Translations under genes and position numbers: made by a program | Shown here: positions 27,852 through 38,201 of the stretch, piece after piece | Layout of the letters: each line of letters starts with the position of its first letter | Position numbering within the stretch: the stretch's first letter is position 1 | Notes under the pieces: generated by a model | What the model saw: only the letters and a program-made list of their open reading frames with translations | Told to the model about the DNA's origin: nothing | The model's database searches: none | Assembly (NCBI GenBank): GCA_006218035.1 | Contig: VBWC01000010.1 | Location: forward strand, 75,572-139,571 | Direction of reading: 5' to 3' | DNA length: 64,000 nucleotides | Source of the DNA: Gammaproteobacteria bacterium | GTDB lineage: Bacteria > Pseudomonadota > Gammaproteobacteria > VBWC01

Positions 27852-28850
27852 TCATGCCGTAGCATCCGGCTTTGATGCGACCCAAAAAGACAACAATTTT
27901 ATCCATCGCCCGCGCACGGTGACAGGGCGGAAGCCGGCGGCCTCCAGATAGCCTGGAATCTCGCCACGCAGATTGACCGCGGTCATCGGCATGAACAGCA
28001 GAGGCCAGACGATCAACCACACCCACCAGGTCGCGGGGCGGTCGACATCGACGATCACGAAGCGGCCGCCGGGTTTGAGTACGCGGTATACCTCGGCGAG
28101 TCCTGCGCGCTTCACGTCCGGCGGCAGATGGTGCAGCATGCAGCTGGAGAACACGACATCGAATCGCCCTGCCTTGAAGGGCAAGGCCTCGATGGCGGCC
28201 ACCTTGAACATCGCGCAGCTCGCCTCGGCTCTGGCTTCCTGCTTCGCTCTAACTCCTCCATCCCTGGAGTCGTCGGCGCTTGCATTGCGCCGCGCGACTT
28301 GCAGCATGGCGGGCGACGGATCGATGCCGACCGCTTCACCTGTATCCCCCACCATCCGCGCTGCAAGGCGTGTCAGCACACCGGTGCCGCAACCGACATC
28401 CAGCACTTGCTGTCCCGGCTGCAGGCCTGCATGGCGCAGCGTTTCCTGGCGGAATTCCGCGCCGAGCCCCAGCAGCGGACAGTAAAAGTCGTACACCGGC
28501 GCTGCATAGTTCATGGTCATGCCGTGAGTGTGCGTTGCCGGTTCATCGAGCACAGCCAGTGCCCGGCGCGACAGCCACCAGCCGTAGAGCATCGCGGCGG
28601 GATAGATCAGGGCGATGATGACGAGCAACAGCGTGAACGGCGTGACGCCCCACACGCGCAAGACAATAACCGCGAAGATAACGGCGGCAGCCGCACATAA
28701 CTTGCCTGCAATGTGGCTGTGCGGCGGTCGCCCCCGGCGTCCTCGACAATTGCTCCTGCATTGTTCTACCTTCGCCCATCCTTGGGCTCGTGTCTCGCGC
28801 GACACGGGCAGAACCCTTCGCTTCCGCTCTTCCCTGCGCGGCGCGCTCAT
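27852..28850 (-). CDS. Class I SAM-dependent methyltransferase with N-terminal TM segments
   Basis: VLDVGCGTG, FDVV and RVLKPGG motifs. Confidence 0.85.
   Translation of the reverse strand: MSAPRREERKRRVLPVSRETRAQGWAKVEQCRSNCRGRRGRPPHSHIAGKLCAAAAVIFAVIVLRVWGVTPFTLLLVIIALIYPAAMLYGWWLSRRALAVLDEPATHTHGMTMNYAAPVYDFYCPLLGLGAEFRQETLRHAGLQPGQQVLDVGCGTGVLTRLAARMVGDTGEAVGIDPSPAMLQVARRNASADDSRDGGVRAKQEARAEASCAMFKVAAIEALPFKAGRFDVVFSSCMLHHLPPDVKRAGLAEVYRVLKPGGRFVIVDVDRPATWWVWLIVWPLLFMPMTAVNLRGEIPGYLEAAGFRPVTVRGRWIKLLSFWVASKPDATA
28224..28268 (-). repeat. 45-bp REP-like palindromic element inserted in frame in the methyltransferase
   Basis: TCCAGGGATGGAGGAGTTAGAGCGAAGCAGGAAGCCAGAGCCGAG, with hairpin CTCCA-GGGA-TGGAG. 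Encodes the extra peptide SRDGGVRAKQEARAE. Confidence 0.6.
28742..28786 (-). repeat. Second related 45-bp REP-like element in the same gene
   Basis: CCCAAGGATGGGCGAAGGTAGAACAATGCAGGAGCAATTGTCGAG, with hairpin GCCCA-AGGA-TGGGC and a GTAG motif. Confidence 0.6.
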
Positions 28851-28933
28851 GGCGTTAGCCTCGCGCGTTTGAGCATGGCCGAGTTGATGATCACCGACAG
28901 CGAACTCAGCGCCATCGCCGCGGCGGCGATGAC
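28847..28933 (-). pseudogene. 3' remnant of a second CopA-type P1B ATPase
   Basis: Translates VIAAAAMALSSLSVIINSAMLKRARLTP*, compared with the intact CopA end [26 protein letters not shown]. Its stop overlaps the methyltransferase start (ATGA). Confidence 0.8.
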
Positions 28934-29049
28934 TTGCTGCCGGGCGCTTCTTTCGCCACCGTTCTCGTTACCGTTGATTTCTCGCTGTGTGGCTTTCCAT
29001 TGACGCTTGTGTTTCACTCCCTTTTTCCTACACCCCGCGTTCAGCCTGC
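28933..29049. repeat. Direct repeat copy 2 (117 bp), containing a frameshifted DUF2934 5' fragment
   Basis: Matches 26163-26274, with 5 extra bp right after the ATG. Confidence 0.95.
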
Positions 29050-29406
29050 ATGCCGCTGCAGATACGCGATTATTTCCTGAAGCTGCTCAGTATCCGGCAC
29101 CGCCGCAGCCTGAGTGACCATGTGCTGTTTCATGCGGGCAACCACGGCAAGCCACTCCTGCGCGGAGTGAGCTGTCGGCGTCGGCGGTGCATGGCACCGG
29201 CCGCAGTATTGCTGAAACAGTTTCGCGCCCGGCGAATGCGCCTCCGGCAACGGCGCGTCGTTATCACCGGCAGGGATTCGTCCCATCATGCCGCCGCCCA
29301 TCATTTGACCCATGTGACCACCGGAACTCCCCTGGTCACAGCCCGCCAAAGCGCCGCCCAGGACAACCGCCATCGACAGGACAGCGATCAATTGCTTCCA
29401 GACCAT
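29041..29406 (-). CDS. Monoheme cytochrome c lipoprotein
   Basis: Lipobox LAGC, Met/Gly linker and CGRCH. Confidence 0.85.
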   Translation of the reverse strand: MVWKQLIAVLSMAVVLGGALAGCDQGSSGGHMGQMMGGGMMGRIPAGDNDAPLPEAHSPGAKLFQQYCGRCHAPPTPTAHSAQEWLAVVARMKQHMVTQAAAVPDTEQLQEIIAYLQRHAG

Positions 29407-29442
29407 CGCTCTGTTCGCTTTGCTGAACCGGTCATTACGCTC

Positions 29443-31854
29443 TCACAGCGGCGCCCGTCGCAGGCGCAGCGCATTCATTACCACCGATACCGAGCTGAAG
29501 CTCATCGCCGCGGCCGCAATCATCGGCGACAACAGCCACCCGAAATACGGATACAGTACGCCGGCCGCCACCGGCACACCGAGCGTGTTATAGATAAATG
29601 CGAAAAAGAGATTCTGGCGGATGTTGCGCATCGTCATCCGGCTCAGGCGGCGGGCCCGCACGATGCCGCGCAGATCGCCCTTGACCAGTGTGACGCCGGC
29701 GCTTTCCATCGCGACATCGGTGCCGGTGCCCATGGCGATGCCGACGTGCGCCTGCGCCAGTGCCGGCGCATCGTTGATACCGTCGCCGGCCATCGCGACC
29801 ACCCGGCCTTCGGCCTGCAGTTGCTTGACCACCGCTACCTTCTGGTCCGGCAGCACTTCAGCCTGTATCTCGTCGATACCCAGTTTCGCGGCGACCGCTT
29901 CCGCGGTCTTGCGACTGTCGCCGGTCAGCATGACGATCTTGATCCCTTCCTCGTGAAGATTGCGGATCGCCTCCGGCGTCGACTCCTTGATCGGGTCCGC
30001 CACACCGATGAGGCCGGCCGCCTTGCCATCTATGGCCAGAAACATCACGGTCTGCCCTTCGGCGCGCATCGCGTCCGCGCGCTGCGGCAGGTCGCCGGCA
30101 TCAATACCGAGACCTTCGAACAACTTGATATTACCGAGCGCCACCGCGCGATTGTCCACCTTGCCGGTCACACCCTGACCGGTGACCGACTGGAAATCCG
30201 CCGCCTTCGCCAGCTCGACCTTCTTGTCCCTGGCACCGCGCACGATCGCCTCGGCCAGCGGATGTTCGCTGCCCTGTTCCAGGCTTGCGGCCAACCACAG
30301 TGCATCCTGCTCGTTAAAGTCGTTAACCGGGATCACGGCGACGAGTTTCGGTTTTCCCTCGGTGAGCGTGCCGGTCTTGTCGATGACCAGCGTATCGACC
30401 TTGCGCATGATCTCGAGCGCCTCGGCGTTCTTGATCAACACGCCGGCCATTGCGCCCTTGCCGGTGCCGACCATGATGGACATCGGCGTCGCGAGACCCA
30501 GCGCGCACGGACAGGCAATGATCAGCACCGCGACGGCGTTGATAACGGCATGGGCCAGGCGCGGCTCGGGGCCCCACAGGCCCCAGACGATCATCGTAAT
30601 GACCGCGACGAGCACCACCGCCGGCACGAAATAACCCGACACGATGTCCACCAGTTTCTGTATCGGTGCACGCGAGCGCTGGGCCTCGGCGACCATCTTG
30701 ACGATCTGCGCCAGCAGTGTATCCGCACCAACCTTCTCCGCCTTCATCAGCAGGCTGCCCGTACCATTGACAGTGGCGCCGATGAGCCGCTCGCCGGCGG
30801 ATTTCGACACCGGCACCGGTTCACCGGTCACCATCGACTCATCGACGTGACTGGCACCCTCGGTCACGGTTCCGTCCACCGGAATCTTTTCGCCGGGGCG
30901 TACGCGCAGCGTATCGCCGGGCTGTACGTGCTCAAGCGGGATATCCTCTTCCGCACCGTTATCTCGAACGATGCGCGCCGTCTTCGGCGCGAGCCCTAGC
31001 AGCAACTTGATCGCGGCGTTGGTCTGACTGCGCGCGCGCAACTCAAGCACCTGCCCGAGCAATACCAGCGCGGTAATCACCGCGGCGGCCTCGAAGTAAA
31101 CCGGCACCACACCCATCTCGTTAAATACAGACCGCGGAAAGACGCCGGGAAATACCGCCGCGACCACGCTGTAGGTCCACGCTACGCCTACGCCCAGAGC
31201 TATCAGCGTGAACATATTGAGATTGCGCGTGCGCAACGACTGCCAGCCGCGTGTGAAGAATATCCAGCCGCCCCACCATACCACCGGCGTGGCGAGCGCC
31301 ATTTCGAGCCATTGCCGGTAATGCGGATCCATCAATGCGGCAATAGTCTCCGGCCGGAATTCGGCCATCGTTGCGCTAAAAAAAATCGGGATGGCTAGTG
31401 CGGTGCTTGCCCAGAATCGCCGCGTCATCGCGTCCAGCTCGCGAGTATCCTCCGCCGCCGTGACGGTACGCGGTTCGAGTGTCATGCCGCACTTCGGGCA
31501 ATTCCCCGGATGATCCTGCACCACCTCCGGGTGCATCGGGCAGACGTATTCGGTTTTTCCTGCCGCCGCGACCGGTGCGGACGCCGGCTCCAGCGCCATG
31601 CCGCATTTCGGACAGCTGCCCGGACCTTGCTGACGAACCTCCGGATGCATCGGACAGGTGTAGACGGCCGCTGCTGCCGGTGCACCGGACGTTTTCTTTG
31701 ACGGTGCCCCGGACAAATATTTATCCGGGGCCTGCCGGAATTTCTGCAGACAGCGCTCGCTGCAAAAGCGATAGACGTTACCGGCGTGCTCATGCCGGTG
31801 CGCGGCGTCCGCCGCCACCTCCATGCCGCACACCGGATCGGTCACTGTGGCCAT
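29443..31854 (-). CDS. copA: Copper-translocating P1B-type ATPase with YHS and heavy-metal-binding domains
   Basis: DPVCGM YHS, two YxCPMHP, TGE, CPCALG, DKTGT, GDGIND, YN and MxxSS. Confidence 0.95.
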   Translation of the reverse strand: MATVTDPVCGMEVAADAAHRHEHAGNVYRFCSERCLQKFRQAPDKYLSGAPSKKTSGAPAAAAVYTCPMHPEVRQQGPGSCPKCGMALEPASAPVAAAGKTEYVCPMHPEVVQDHPGNCPKCGMTLEPRTVTAAEDTRELDAMTRRFWASTALAIPIFFSATMAEFRPETIAALMDPHYRQWLEMALATPVVWWGGWIFFTRGWQSLRTRNLNMFTLIALGVGVAWTYSVVAAVFPGVFPRSVFNEMGVVPVYFEAAAVITALVLLGQVLELRARSQTNAAIKLLLGLAPKTARIVRDNGAEEDIPLEHVQPGDTLRVRPGEKIPVDGTVTEGASHVDESMVTGEPVPVSKSAGERLIGATVNGTGSLLMKAEKVGADTLLAQIVKMVAEAQRSRAPIQKLVDIVSGYFVPAVVLVAVITMIVWGLWGPEPRLAHAVINAVAVLIIACPCALGLATPMSIMVGTGKGAMAGVLIKNAEALEIMRKVDTLVIDKTGTLTEGKPKLVAVIPVNDFNEQDALWLAASLEQGSEHPLAEAIVRGARDKKVELAKAADFQSVTGQGVTGKVDNRAVALGNIKLFEGLGIDAGDLPQRADAMRAEGQTVMFLAIDGKAAGLIGVADPIKESTPEAIRNLHEEGIKIVMLTGDSRKTAEAVAAKLGIDEIQAEVLPDQKVAVVKQLQAEGRVVAMAGDGINDAPALAQAHVGIAMGTGTDVAMESAGVTLVKGDLRGIVRARRLSRMTMRNIRQNLFFAFIYNTLGVPVAAGVLYPYFGWLLSPMIAAAAMSFSSVSVVMNALRLRRAPL

Positions 31855-31912
31855 CTCATTCTCCTGTCACCCCGATGTGGCACGCTGCCGAAACCGCCTT
31901 CATCGGGATCGA

Positions 31913-32431
31913 TCACTTTTTGTCCTTGTGATCGCGCTCCTTCGCTGCCTTGCCGTCCTGCTTGCCTGGCTTCGCACCTCCCTGCTGCGCCATCATCTGT
32001 TCCATCATCTGCTCCATCATGCCCTGCATCATGTCCATGCGTTTTTCCATCATCTGCTGACGATCCGGCATGGGCATGTCCTTGTTCTTGCCGGCGTCAC
32101 CCATCATTCCGGAGCCCATCATCCCCTCTGACCCGCCCTGCATCATGCCCGACCCCATCATCTCGTGCATCTGCTGCATATGCTCCTGCATCAGCTGCTG
32201 GCGTTTTACCGGATCATCCGTCTTCTGGATCTGCGCCATGGTCTGTTGCATCTCTTTCATCCGTTGCTGCATGCCGTCCATGTCCATCATACCCATACCG
32301 GTACTCTTCCCGGATACCGCAGGGGCCTCGCCGCTCGCCTTTTCCTTTTCAGGATGATGACTATCGTCGGCAACCGCTGCCGACAGTCCAACAAATGACA
32401 CGATCAATACCGGAACCAGATAGCGTTTCAT
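31913..32431 (-). CDS. Periplasmic Met/Gln-rich putative copper-binding protein
   Basis: Signal peptide, HHPE, and extremely Met-rich helical sequence. Start at ATG 32431. Confidence 0.7.
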   Translation of the reverse strand: MKRYLVPVLIVSFVGLSAAVADDSHHPEKEKASGEAPAVSGKSTGMGMMDMDGMQQRMKEMQQTMAQIQKTDDPVKRQQLMQEHMQQMHEMMGSGMMQGGSEGMMGSGMMGDAGKNKDMPMPDRQQMMEKRMDMMQGMMEQMMEQMMAQQGGAKPGKQDGKAAKERDHKDKK

Positions 32432-32573
32432 AAGTGTTCCCTCGTTGTTGAATGTTTCGGTCCATACGTTACAACCTGTGTGTAGCGCACCGGTCAATGT
32501 TCCTCCATCTCTGACTCAATCAAATGACACACCGCATCGCTGTCCGGCATGCCATCGGGCAGGCGGCGCCGGA

Positions 32574-33272
32574 TCAATGGGCATGATCGTCGTCGTGATC
32601 CGTTACGGCCGGCTCATCCATAGTCTCCATATCACCGGGGTCCATCGCGTCATGATCATGATCGTCGTCATGAGTTGCGGTCGCGTCGTCACCTGTCATT
32701 TTCATATCCATGGACCCCGTTTGACCCGCGTCATGATGCGGGCTGTCGGCAGGCGATCCCGATTCTGCGGCACCGGCTGCCTGGCCATGACTGTGACCGT
32801 GTCCGTCCGCGCCGGTCTCCGGTTTGGGCAACGACATCACGCCAAGACCATGACGGTAGACCAGCTCGGCACCGTGCCATGCCGTCGACAGCAACAATCC
32901 GGCGATCAGCAACATCGCGCCGAGAAACATCGCGCCGACACGCTGCTGTCGAGTGTAATTCCGTACCGACCAGATGACGACCGGCAACAGCACCGCAAAC
33001 GTTACCAGCGCCAGGTTGCGGTGCTCGGTCATCGCTTCATGCGATGGCGTGTCATGGGTCACCGTATTGAACGCGTACCAACCGGCCGCGACGGTCAATA
33101 TCGATGCCGCGCCGCCCGCCCACAGATTCCAGTACGCCACGTTCAGCCACTGCTCACGCCAGCGATGACCGGTGAAAATCGTCGCCAGCAGGAAAAACCC
33201 GACCGCCGACGACAACAGCGCAACGGTAAAATGGACGAATATCGGATGCCAGTTCGGAATAATCTCTATCAC
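32574..33272 (-). CDS. DUF2231-family membrane protein with His/Asp-rich tail
   Basis: HPIFVHF, GAELVYRHGLG and C-terminal HDDDHDH repeats. Confidence 0.8.
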   Translation of the reverse strand: MIEIIPNWHPIFVHFTVALLSSAVGFFLLATIFTGHRWREQWLNVAYWNLWAGGAASILTVAAGWYAFNTVTHDTPSHEAMTEHRNLALVTFAVLLPVVIWSVRNYTRQQRVGAMFLGAMLLIAGLLLSTAWHGAELVYRHGLGVMSLPKPETGADGHGHSHGQAAGAAESGSPADSPHHDAGQTGSMDMKMTGDDATATHDDDHDHDAMDPGDMETMDEPAVTDHDDDHAH

Positions 33273-33386
33273 TATCGATCTCCTTCAATTATCACGCTGA
33301 AAAATCATGACCGCTATTCCACCTGCTCGAATATCCGGTTACGCACAATGGCGGTGACCTGGCTGAATTGCATCGCCTCCCTCCGA

Positions 33387-33893
33387 TCAACGGCCCGTCG
33401 GTGGCCGGTTGCAACAGGTGGACGGCGTAACCTCCATGCTTTCCAGCTGGGTCTCTTCAGCATAGTGAACCCAGCCGCGCCGCAGTCGCTCGCTCCACCC
33501 GCTGCCAAGCCGCGCGCCGGCGTCAACGAGCGCCGTCTCGATCTGCGCCTCGGTGACCTGCAACAGATCATAGAAAATAGCGATACAGTCGCGCTCAAAA
33601 ACCACGTCCTTGATACCCATCAATCGGGACAAGGCATCCCGCAAGCCTGTTTCTTCCGCGGCATCCGGCGATCTGGCGAGATGGATCCGCCGGCGCTTGA
33701 TCGCCTCCTCGCCTTCCTGCCGCGGCGCCTTCTGTCCATGCATACCGATATAGAGATGCGGGTGCGCGGTAAAATTGTCCCGGCACTGGGCTGAACAGAA
33801 GACAAAATTCATCTGCTGGTACACGGTCGTGTAGTGTTCATGCGTGACCTCCATGTCACAAACCGGACAGCGTGGCTGGTTGTGTGGCTTCAT
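33387..33893 (-). CDS. YHS + HMA-like domain protein
   Basis: CPVCDM...FCSAQC, a ferredoxin-like second domain and C-terminal CCNRPP. Confidence 0.8.
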   Translation of the reverse strand: MKPHNQPRCPVCDMEVTHEHYTTVYQQMNFVFCSAQCRDNFTAHPHLYIGMHGQKAPRQEGEEAIKRRRIHLARSPDAAEETGLRDALSRLMGIKDVVFERDCIAIFYDLLQVTEAQIETALVDAGARLGSGWSERLRRGWVHYAEETQLESMEVTPSTCCNRPPTGR

Positions 33894-34480
33894 CGTTGTT
33901 CTTCCGATCCGGAACGCAGCGCGGTATCCGGTAACGGCGCCACCGCGCAGAATCCTTGCGGTTTCACGCCCAGCGCTGCATTAAATTTACTGGAAAGGTT
34001 CTGAAACGCAATGATCGCGGTCAATTCGATGATCGCGTCATCGTCAAAATACTGCCGCAAGCGCTCGAAGTGGGCATCGGTCGGTTGCCTGTCGGTAAAC
34101 GTCACGGCCTCGGCATAGGCCAGTGCCGCTTTTTCACGGCCACTAAACATTTCGCTATCGCGAAAATCGGCCAGCCCCAGCAGTTTTTCTTCGCTGATAC
34201 CGCGCTTCAGCGCGGTAGCGGAATTGATGTCGACGCAAAACGGACACCCGTTGATCTGCGATACGCGCACCGTCACCAGCGTGCGCAGTGCCGGTTCAAT
34301 CGGCGACGAGCGCCGGTCGAGCGCACCGTAAAGCAGCGCCAGCGTGATGAATACCCTGGGCGTTCTGCCCCACAAACGCGCCGGTTCGAGCACGGCGCCA
34401 TAGCGGCGCTTCTGGTTCCAGAAGAACAGCCGGACGTACCACGGGAACCGGTGGCCGGTGGGTGTTGTGATCGTCGTCAT
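33890..34480 (-). CDS. AhpD/carboxymuconolactone decarboxylase family protein
   Basis: RVSQINGCPFCVD motif. Confidence 0.88.
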   Translation of the reverse strand: MTTITTPTGHRFPWYVRLFFWNQKRRYGAVLEPARLWGRTPRVFITLALLYGALDRRSSPIEPALRTLVTVRVSQINGCPFCVDINSATALKRGISEEKLLGLADFRDSEMFSGREKAALAYAEAVTFTDRQPTDAHFERLRQYFDDDAIIELTAIIAFQNLSSKFNAALGVKPQGFCAVAPLPDTALRSGSEEQR

Positions 34481-34525
34481 GTCGGCTCTCCTTGTTGTTC
34501 AGGCGATGCGGTACACACGCCCGCG

Positions 34526-34969
34526 TCAGTCGGCCGGATATAAAACTCCGCCCTTGTGCCTGCCGCCGTCTGCTGTCTTGAACAAAATCATCACCTGATG
34601 CTGACCGGCATGGCCGAGATCGTATCCAGCCATATGCCAGTCGCCCATGTTCATCATCATTTTGGTTTCCGAGCTGTCGTCCGGATGCACCACCTTTGAA
34701 TTGATCTGGACATTGCCGACAACATTGCCGTCCTGCTCAACCTTGATCATGACGTCATGGCTGCCACCCATCGCCTTGCCCGGCTCTGCGGGCATGACGT
34801 GAAACGTGACCAGGTAACCGTCAATGTTCTGTTGCTGTTCAAGCATGGCGGATTGTATCGGCGCTACCAATTCTTGCGTCACGCGACTTTCTTCCGCGGC
34901 ACCGCCAGTCGGCGTCCACCCGGATACAACAGCAGCGACGAGAATCGGGAAGACGGACATGATTTTCAT
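34526..34969 (-). CDS. Exported hypothetical protein (Met/His-containing, possible metallochaperone)
   Basis: Signal peptide, FHVM, MMMNMGDWHM; immediately after cusA. Confidence 0.6.
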   Translation of the reverse strand: MKIMSVFPILVAAVVSGWTPTGGAAEESRVTQELVAPIQSAMLEQQQNIDGYLVTFHVMPAEPGKAMGGSHDVMIKVEQDGNVVGNVQINSKVVHPDDSSETKMMMNMGDWHMAGYDLGHAGQHQVMILFKTADGGRHKGGVLYPAD

Positions 34970-35030
34970 TCTGGGCTCCTTATGTGTTGTTGACAACAAA
35001 GACCGGTAAGCGTTTCGCAGGTTCAAGACA

Positions 35031-38000
35031 TTACTCCGGCGTAGTGGTCGTTACCGGGCCGCCGCGCTCAAAACGTGCTGTCGCATGCAGCACCAGGCCG
35101 TACACCACCGGCAGCACAACCAGACAAAGCAGTGTCGTGCTGATCATGCCGCCGATCATCGGCGCGGCGATGCGGCGCATGACCTCTGAACCGGTGCCGC
35201 TGCCCCACAGGATCGGCAACAGACCGGCGATGATCGCGGTCGCCGTCATCGCGATGGGGCGCACGCGTTCCGCGGTGCCGGCCCGCGCGGCGGCCATGAA
35301 CATCGCGAGATCCGGCACCGTGTCGCTTGCGGCGCGGCGGCGCGCGACTTCGTGATCGATGAAGGTCAGTACCAGTACGCCTATCTCGGCGGCTACACCG
35401 GCAAGCGCGACGAAACCAACCGCGACGGCAATCGACAGGTTGTAGCCGAGCAGATAGACCAGCCAGATACCGCCGATCAACGCAAACGGGATCGACAGCA
35501 TCACGACCAGCGGTGCAACGATATTGCGAAAGTTCCAGTACAACAGCACAAAAATAATAAACAACGTGGCCGGCACCACGATCCGGAGCCGCTGCGCGGC
35601 ACGCTCCATGTATTCGTATTGTCCTGACCAGACGAGCGTGTAACCCGGGGGTATCCTGACCTCGCGCGCCACGACCGCCTGCGCCTGTGCGACGTAACCC
35701 CCGATATCGGAGGTGCGGATGTCGACATAGATCCACGCATTGGGCCGCGCGTTCTCGCTCTTGATGTCCGGCGGACCGCGGCGCAGCTTGAGATCGGCGA
35801 CCAGCGATAACGGAATTTGCGCGCCGGTCGGCGTCGGGATCAGCACGCGTTGCAGCTGTTCGGGGTTGTCGCGCAGCTCACGCGGATAGCGCAGGTTCAC
35901 CGGATAACGCTCCAGGCCTTCAACGGTCTGGGTCACGTTCATGCCGCCGATGGCGGTCTGGATCACGTCCTGAATGTCACCGACCGTCAGCCCGTAGCGC
36001 GCCGCCTGTTCGCGCCGGATATCGAAGTCCAGGTAATAACCACCCACCGCGCGGTCGCCAAAGGCGGAGCGGGTTTCCGGCAATGCCTTCAACGCAAGCT
36101 CGATCCGCGTTACCAGGTCCTGCAACACAGTGAGATCAGGTCCGCTCACTTTTATGCCCACCGGGGTCTTTATACCGGTGGCCAGCATATCGATGCGATT
36201 CTTGATCGGCAGAGTCCACGCGTTGGCCACACCGGGAAAGCGGATCGCCGCATCCATCTCCTGCATCAGTTGCGCGGTCGTCTTGGCGGGGTCCGGCCAC
36301 TGTTCGCGCCGCTTCAACTGCACCGTGGTCTCCAGCATCGACAGCGGCGCCATGTCGGTCGCCGTTTCGGCGCGCCCGACCTTGCCGAACACAGAATGCA
36401 CCTCGGGGAAGGTCTTCAGAATCTTGTCGGTCTGCTGGACGATCTCCCGCGCCTTGGTGATGGACACACCGGGAAACATCGTCGGCATATAGAGCAGGTC
36501 GCCCTCGTCGAGCGGCGGCATGAATTCGCTGCCAAGCTTTGCCGCCGGATAGGCGGTGACCGCCAGCAAGACCACCGCCAGCGCGATGGTAATGCTGCGC
36601 CACCGCAGCGCGAGATCCAGCACTGGAGCGTGCAGCAGATGCAACGCGCGACTGATCGGATTGTTCGCCTCGGGCAATATCCGGCCACGGATAAAGTAAC
36701 CCATCAGCACCGGCACCAGCGTGATCGCCAGCACCGCCGCCGCCGCCATCGCATAGCTCTTGGTGTAGGCCAGCGGCGCAAACAACCGGCCTTCCTGCGC
36801 CTGCAACGTGAACACCGGCAGAAACGACACGGTGATGATCAGCAGCGAGAAGAACAGCGCCGGCCCGACCTCGCGCGCCGCGGCGCTGCACGCCTGCCAG
36901 CGCTCGCTGTTGCTCAATGCGTCGCCTTTGTCGCGTGCCGCACGTTCAAGATGTTTGTGGGCGTTCTCGATCATCACGATCGCACCGTCGACCATCGCGC
37001 CGATCGCGATGGCGATGCCGCCGAGCGACATGATGTTGGCATTGATACCCTGCCAGCGCATGATCAGCAGCGCCGCCAGGATACCCAGCGGCAGCGACAC
37101 TATCGCGACCAGCGCGGAACGCACGTGCAACAGAAACAGCATGCACACCAGCGCCACCACGATGGACTCCTCGATCAGCGCGCGCCTTAACGTGCCGACG
37201 GCGCGTTCGATCAGCGCACCACGGTCATAGACCGGCACGATCTCGACACCAGCCGGCAGACTCGTCGCCAGCTGCGCGAGTTTCGCACGCACCTGACGGA
37301 TCACCGCCAGCGCATTCTCGCCGTAACGCATGATTACCACGCCGCCCGCCACCTCGCCCTCGCCGTTGAGTTCGGCGATACCGCGACGCAGCTCGGGGCC
37401 GAGATGGATCGCGGCGATATCGCGCAGCCGTACCGGCACGCCGCGCGCGTTGACGTCAACCGGAATGCCTTCCAGATCGGCGACTCCGTTGAGATAGCCG
37501 CGCCCGCGCACCATGTACTCGGTCTCGGCCAGCTCGATAACGCGGCCGCCGACGTCGCTGTTCGAGCGCGCGATGGCCGCACGCACCTTATCCAGCGGAA
37601 TGTTGTATGACGCCAGCAGCCGCGGGTCGACCTCGACCTGGTATTGCTTGACGTAGCCGCCGATGGACGCGACCTCGGCGATGCCTGGCACGGTCTGCAA
37701 CTGGTAACGCAGGAACCAGTCCTGCAACGAGCGCAGTTGCGCCAGGTCGTGCTGCCCGCTCGTGTCCACCAGCGCGTACTCATACACCCAGCCGACGCCG
37801 GTCGCATCGGGACCCAGCGTCGGGTTCACGCCCTGCGGCAGCCGGTCACGCACGTAGTTCAGGTACTCCAGCACGCGCGTGCGCGCCCAGTACAGATCGG
37901 TGCCATCGGAGAAAATAATATAGACGAACGACATGCCGAACAGCGAGTAGCCGCGCACCACCTTGGCATGCGGCACCGCAAGCAATGCCGTCGTGAGCGG

Positions 38001-38201
38001 ATAGGTCACCTGATCCTCGACGACCTGCGGCGCCTGGCCGGGGTAGTCGGTAAACACGATCACCTGGACATCGGAAAGATCGGGTATCGCGTCCAGCGGC
38101 AGCGTGCGCAATGCCCAGACGCCGGCGGCAACCAGCAACAGCACGGCGAGCCACACCTGGAAGCGGTTACGCAGGGCCGCGTCGATAATCGCATTGATCA
38201 T
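35031..38201 (-). CDS. cusA: CusA/CzcA family heavy-metal RND permease
   Basis: DAIPDLSDVQV, GAMVD, YMPT/DMAPLSMLET/DMLATG methionines and ERVRP. Confidence 0.95.
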   Translation of the reverse strand: MINAIIDAALRNRFQVWLAVLLLVAAGVWALRTLPLDAIPDLSDVQVIVFTDYPGQAPQVVEDQVTYPLTTALLAVPHAKVVRGYSLFGMSFVYIIFSDGTDLYWARTRVLEYLNYVRDRLPQGVNPTLGPDATGVGWVYEYALVDTSGQHDLAQLRSLQDWFLRYQLQTVPGIAEVASIGGYVKQYQVEVDPRLLASYNIPLDKVRAAIARSNSDVGGRVIELAETEYMVRGRGYLNGVADLEGIPVDVNARGVPVRLRDIAAIHLGPELRRGIAELNGEGEVAGGVVIMRYGENALAVIRQVRAKLAQLATSLPAGVEIVPVYDRGALIERAVGTLRRALIEESIVVALVCMLFLLHVRSALVAIVSLPLGILAALLIMRWQGINANIMSLGGIAIAIGAMVDGAIVMIENAHKHLERAARDKGDALSNSERWQACSAAAREVGPALFFSLLIITVSFLPVFTLQAQEGRLFAPLAYTKSYAMAAAAVLAITLVPVLMGYFIRGRILPEANNPISRALHLLHAPVLDLALRWRSITIALAVVLLAVTAYPAAKLGSEFMPPLDEGDLLYMPTMFPGVSITKAREIVQQTDKILKTFPEVHSVFGKVGRAETATDMAPLSMLETTVQLKRREQWPDPAKTTAQLMQEMDAAIRFPGVANAWTLPIKNRIDMLATGIKTPVGIKVSGPDLTVLQDLVTRIELALKALPETRSAFGDRAVGGYYLDFDIRREQAARYGLTVGDIQDVIQTAIGGMNVTQTVEGLERYPVNLRYPRELRDNPEQLQRVLIPTPTGAQIPLSLVADLKLRRGPPDIKSENARPNAWIYVDIRTSDIGGYVAQAQAVVAREVRIPPGYTLVWSGQYEYMERAAQRLRIVVPATLFIIFVLLYWNFRNIVAPLVVMLSIPFALIGGIWLVYLLGYNLSIAVAVGFVALAGVAAEIGVLVLTFIDHEVARRRAASDTVPDLAMFMAAARAGTAERVRPIAMTATAIIAGLLPILWGSGTGSEVMRRIAAPMIGGMISTTLLCLVVLPVVYGLVLHATARFERGGPVTTTTPE

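Noticed and set aside
28987..30999. 670-aa plus-strand ORF
   Set aside because: Antisense shadow of copA and the cytochrome c gene. It has no recognisable motifs and is typical of high-GC codon bias.
35817..37190. 457-aa plus-strand ORF (and similar shadows at 32445-33794 and 52158-53570)
   Set aside because: These overlap well-supported genes on the opposite strand.
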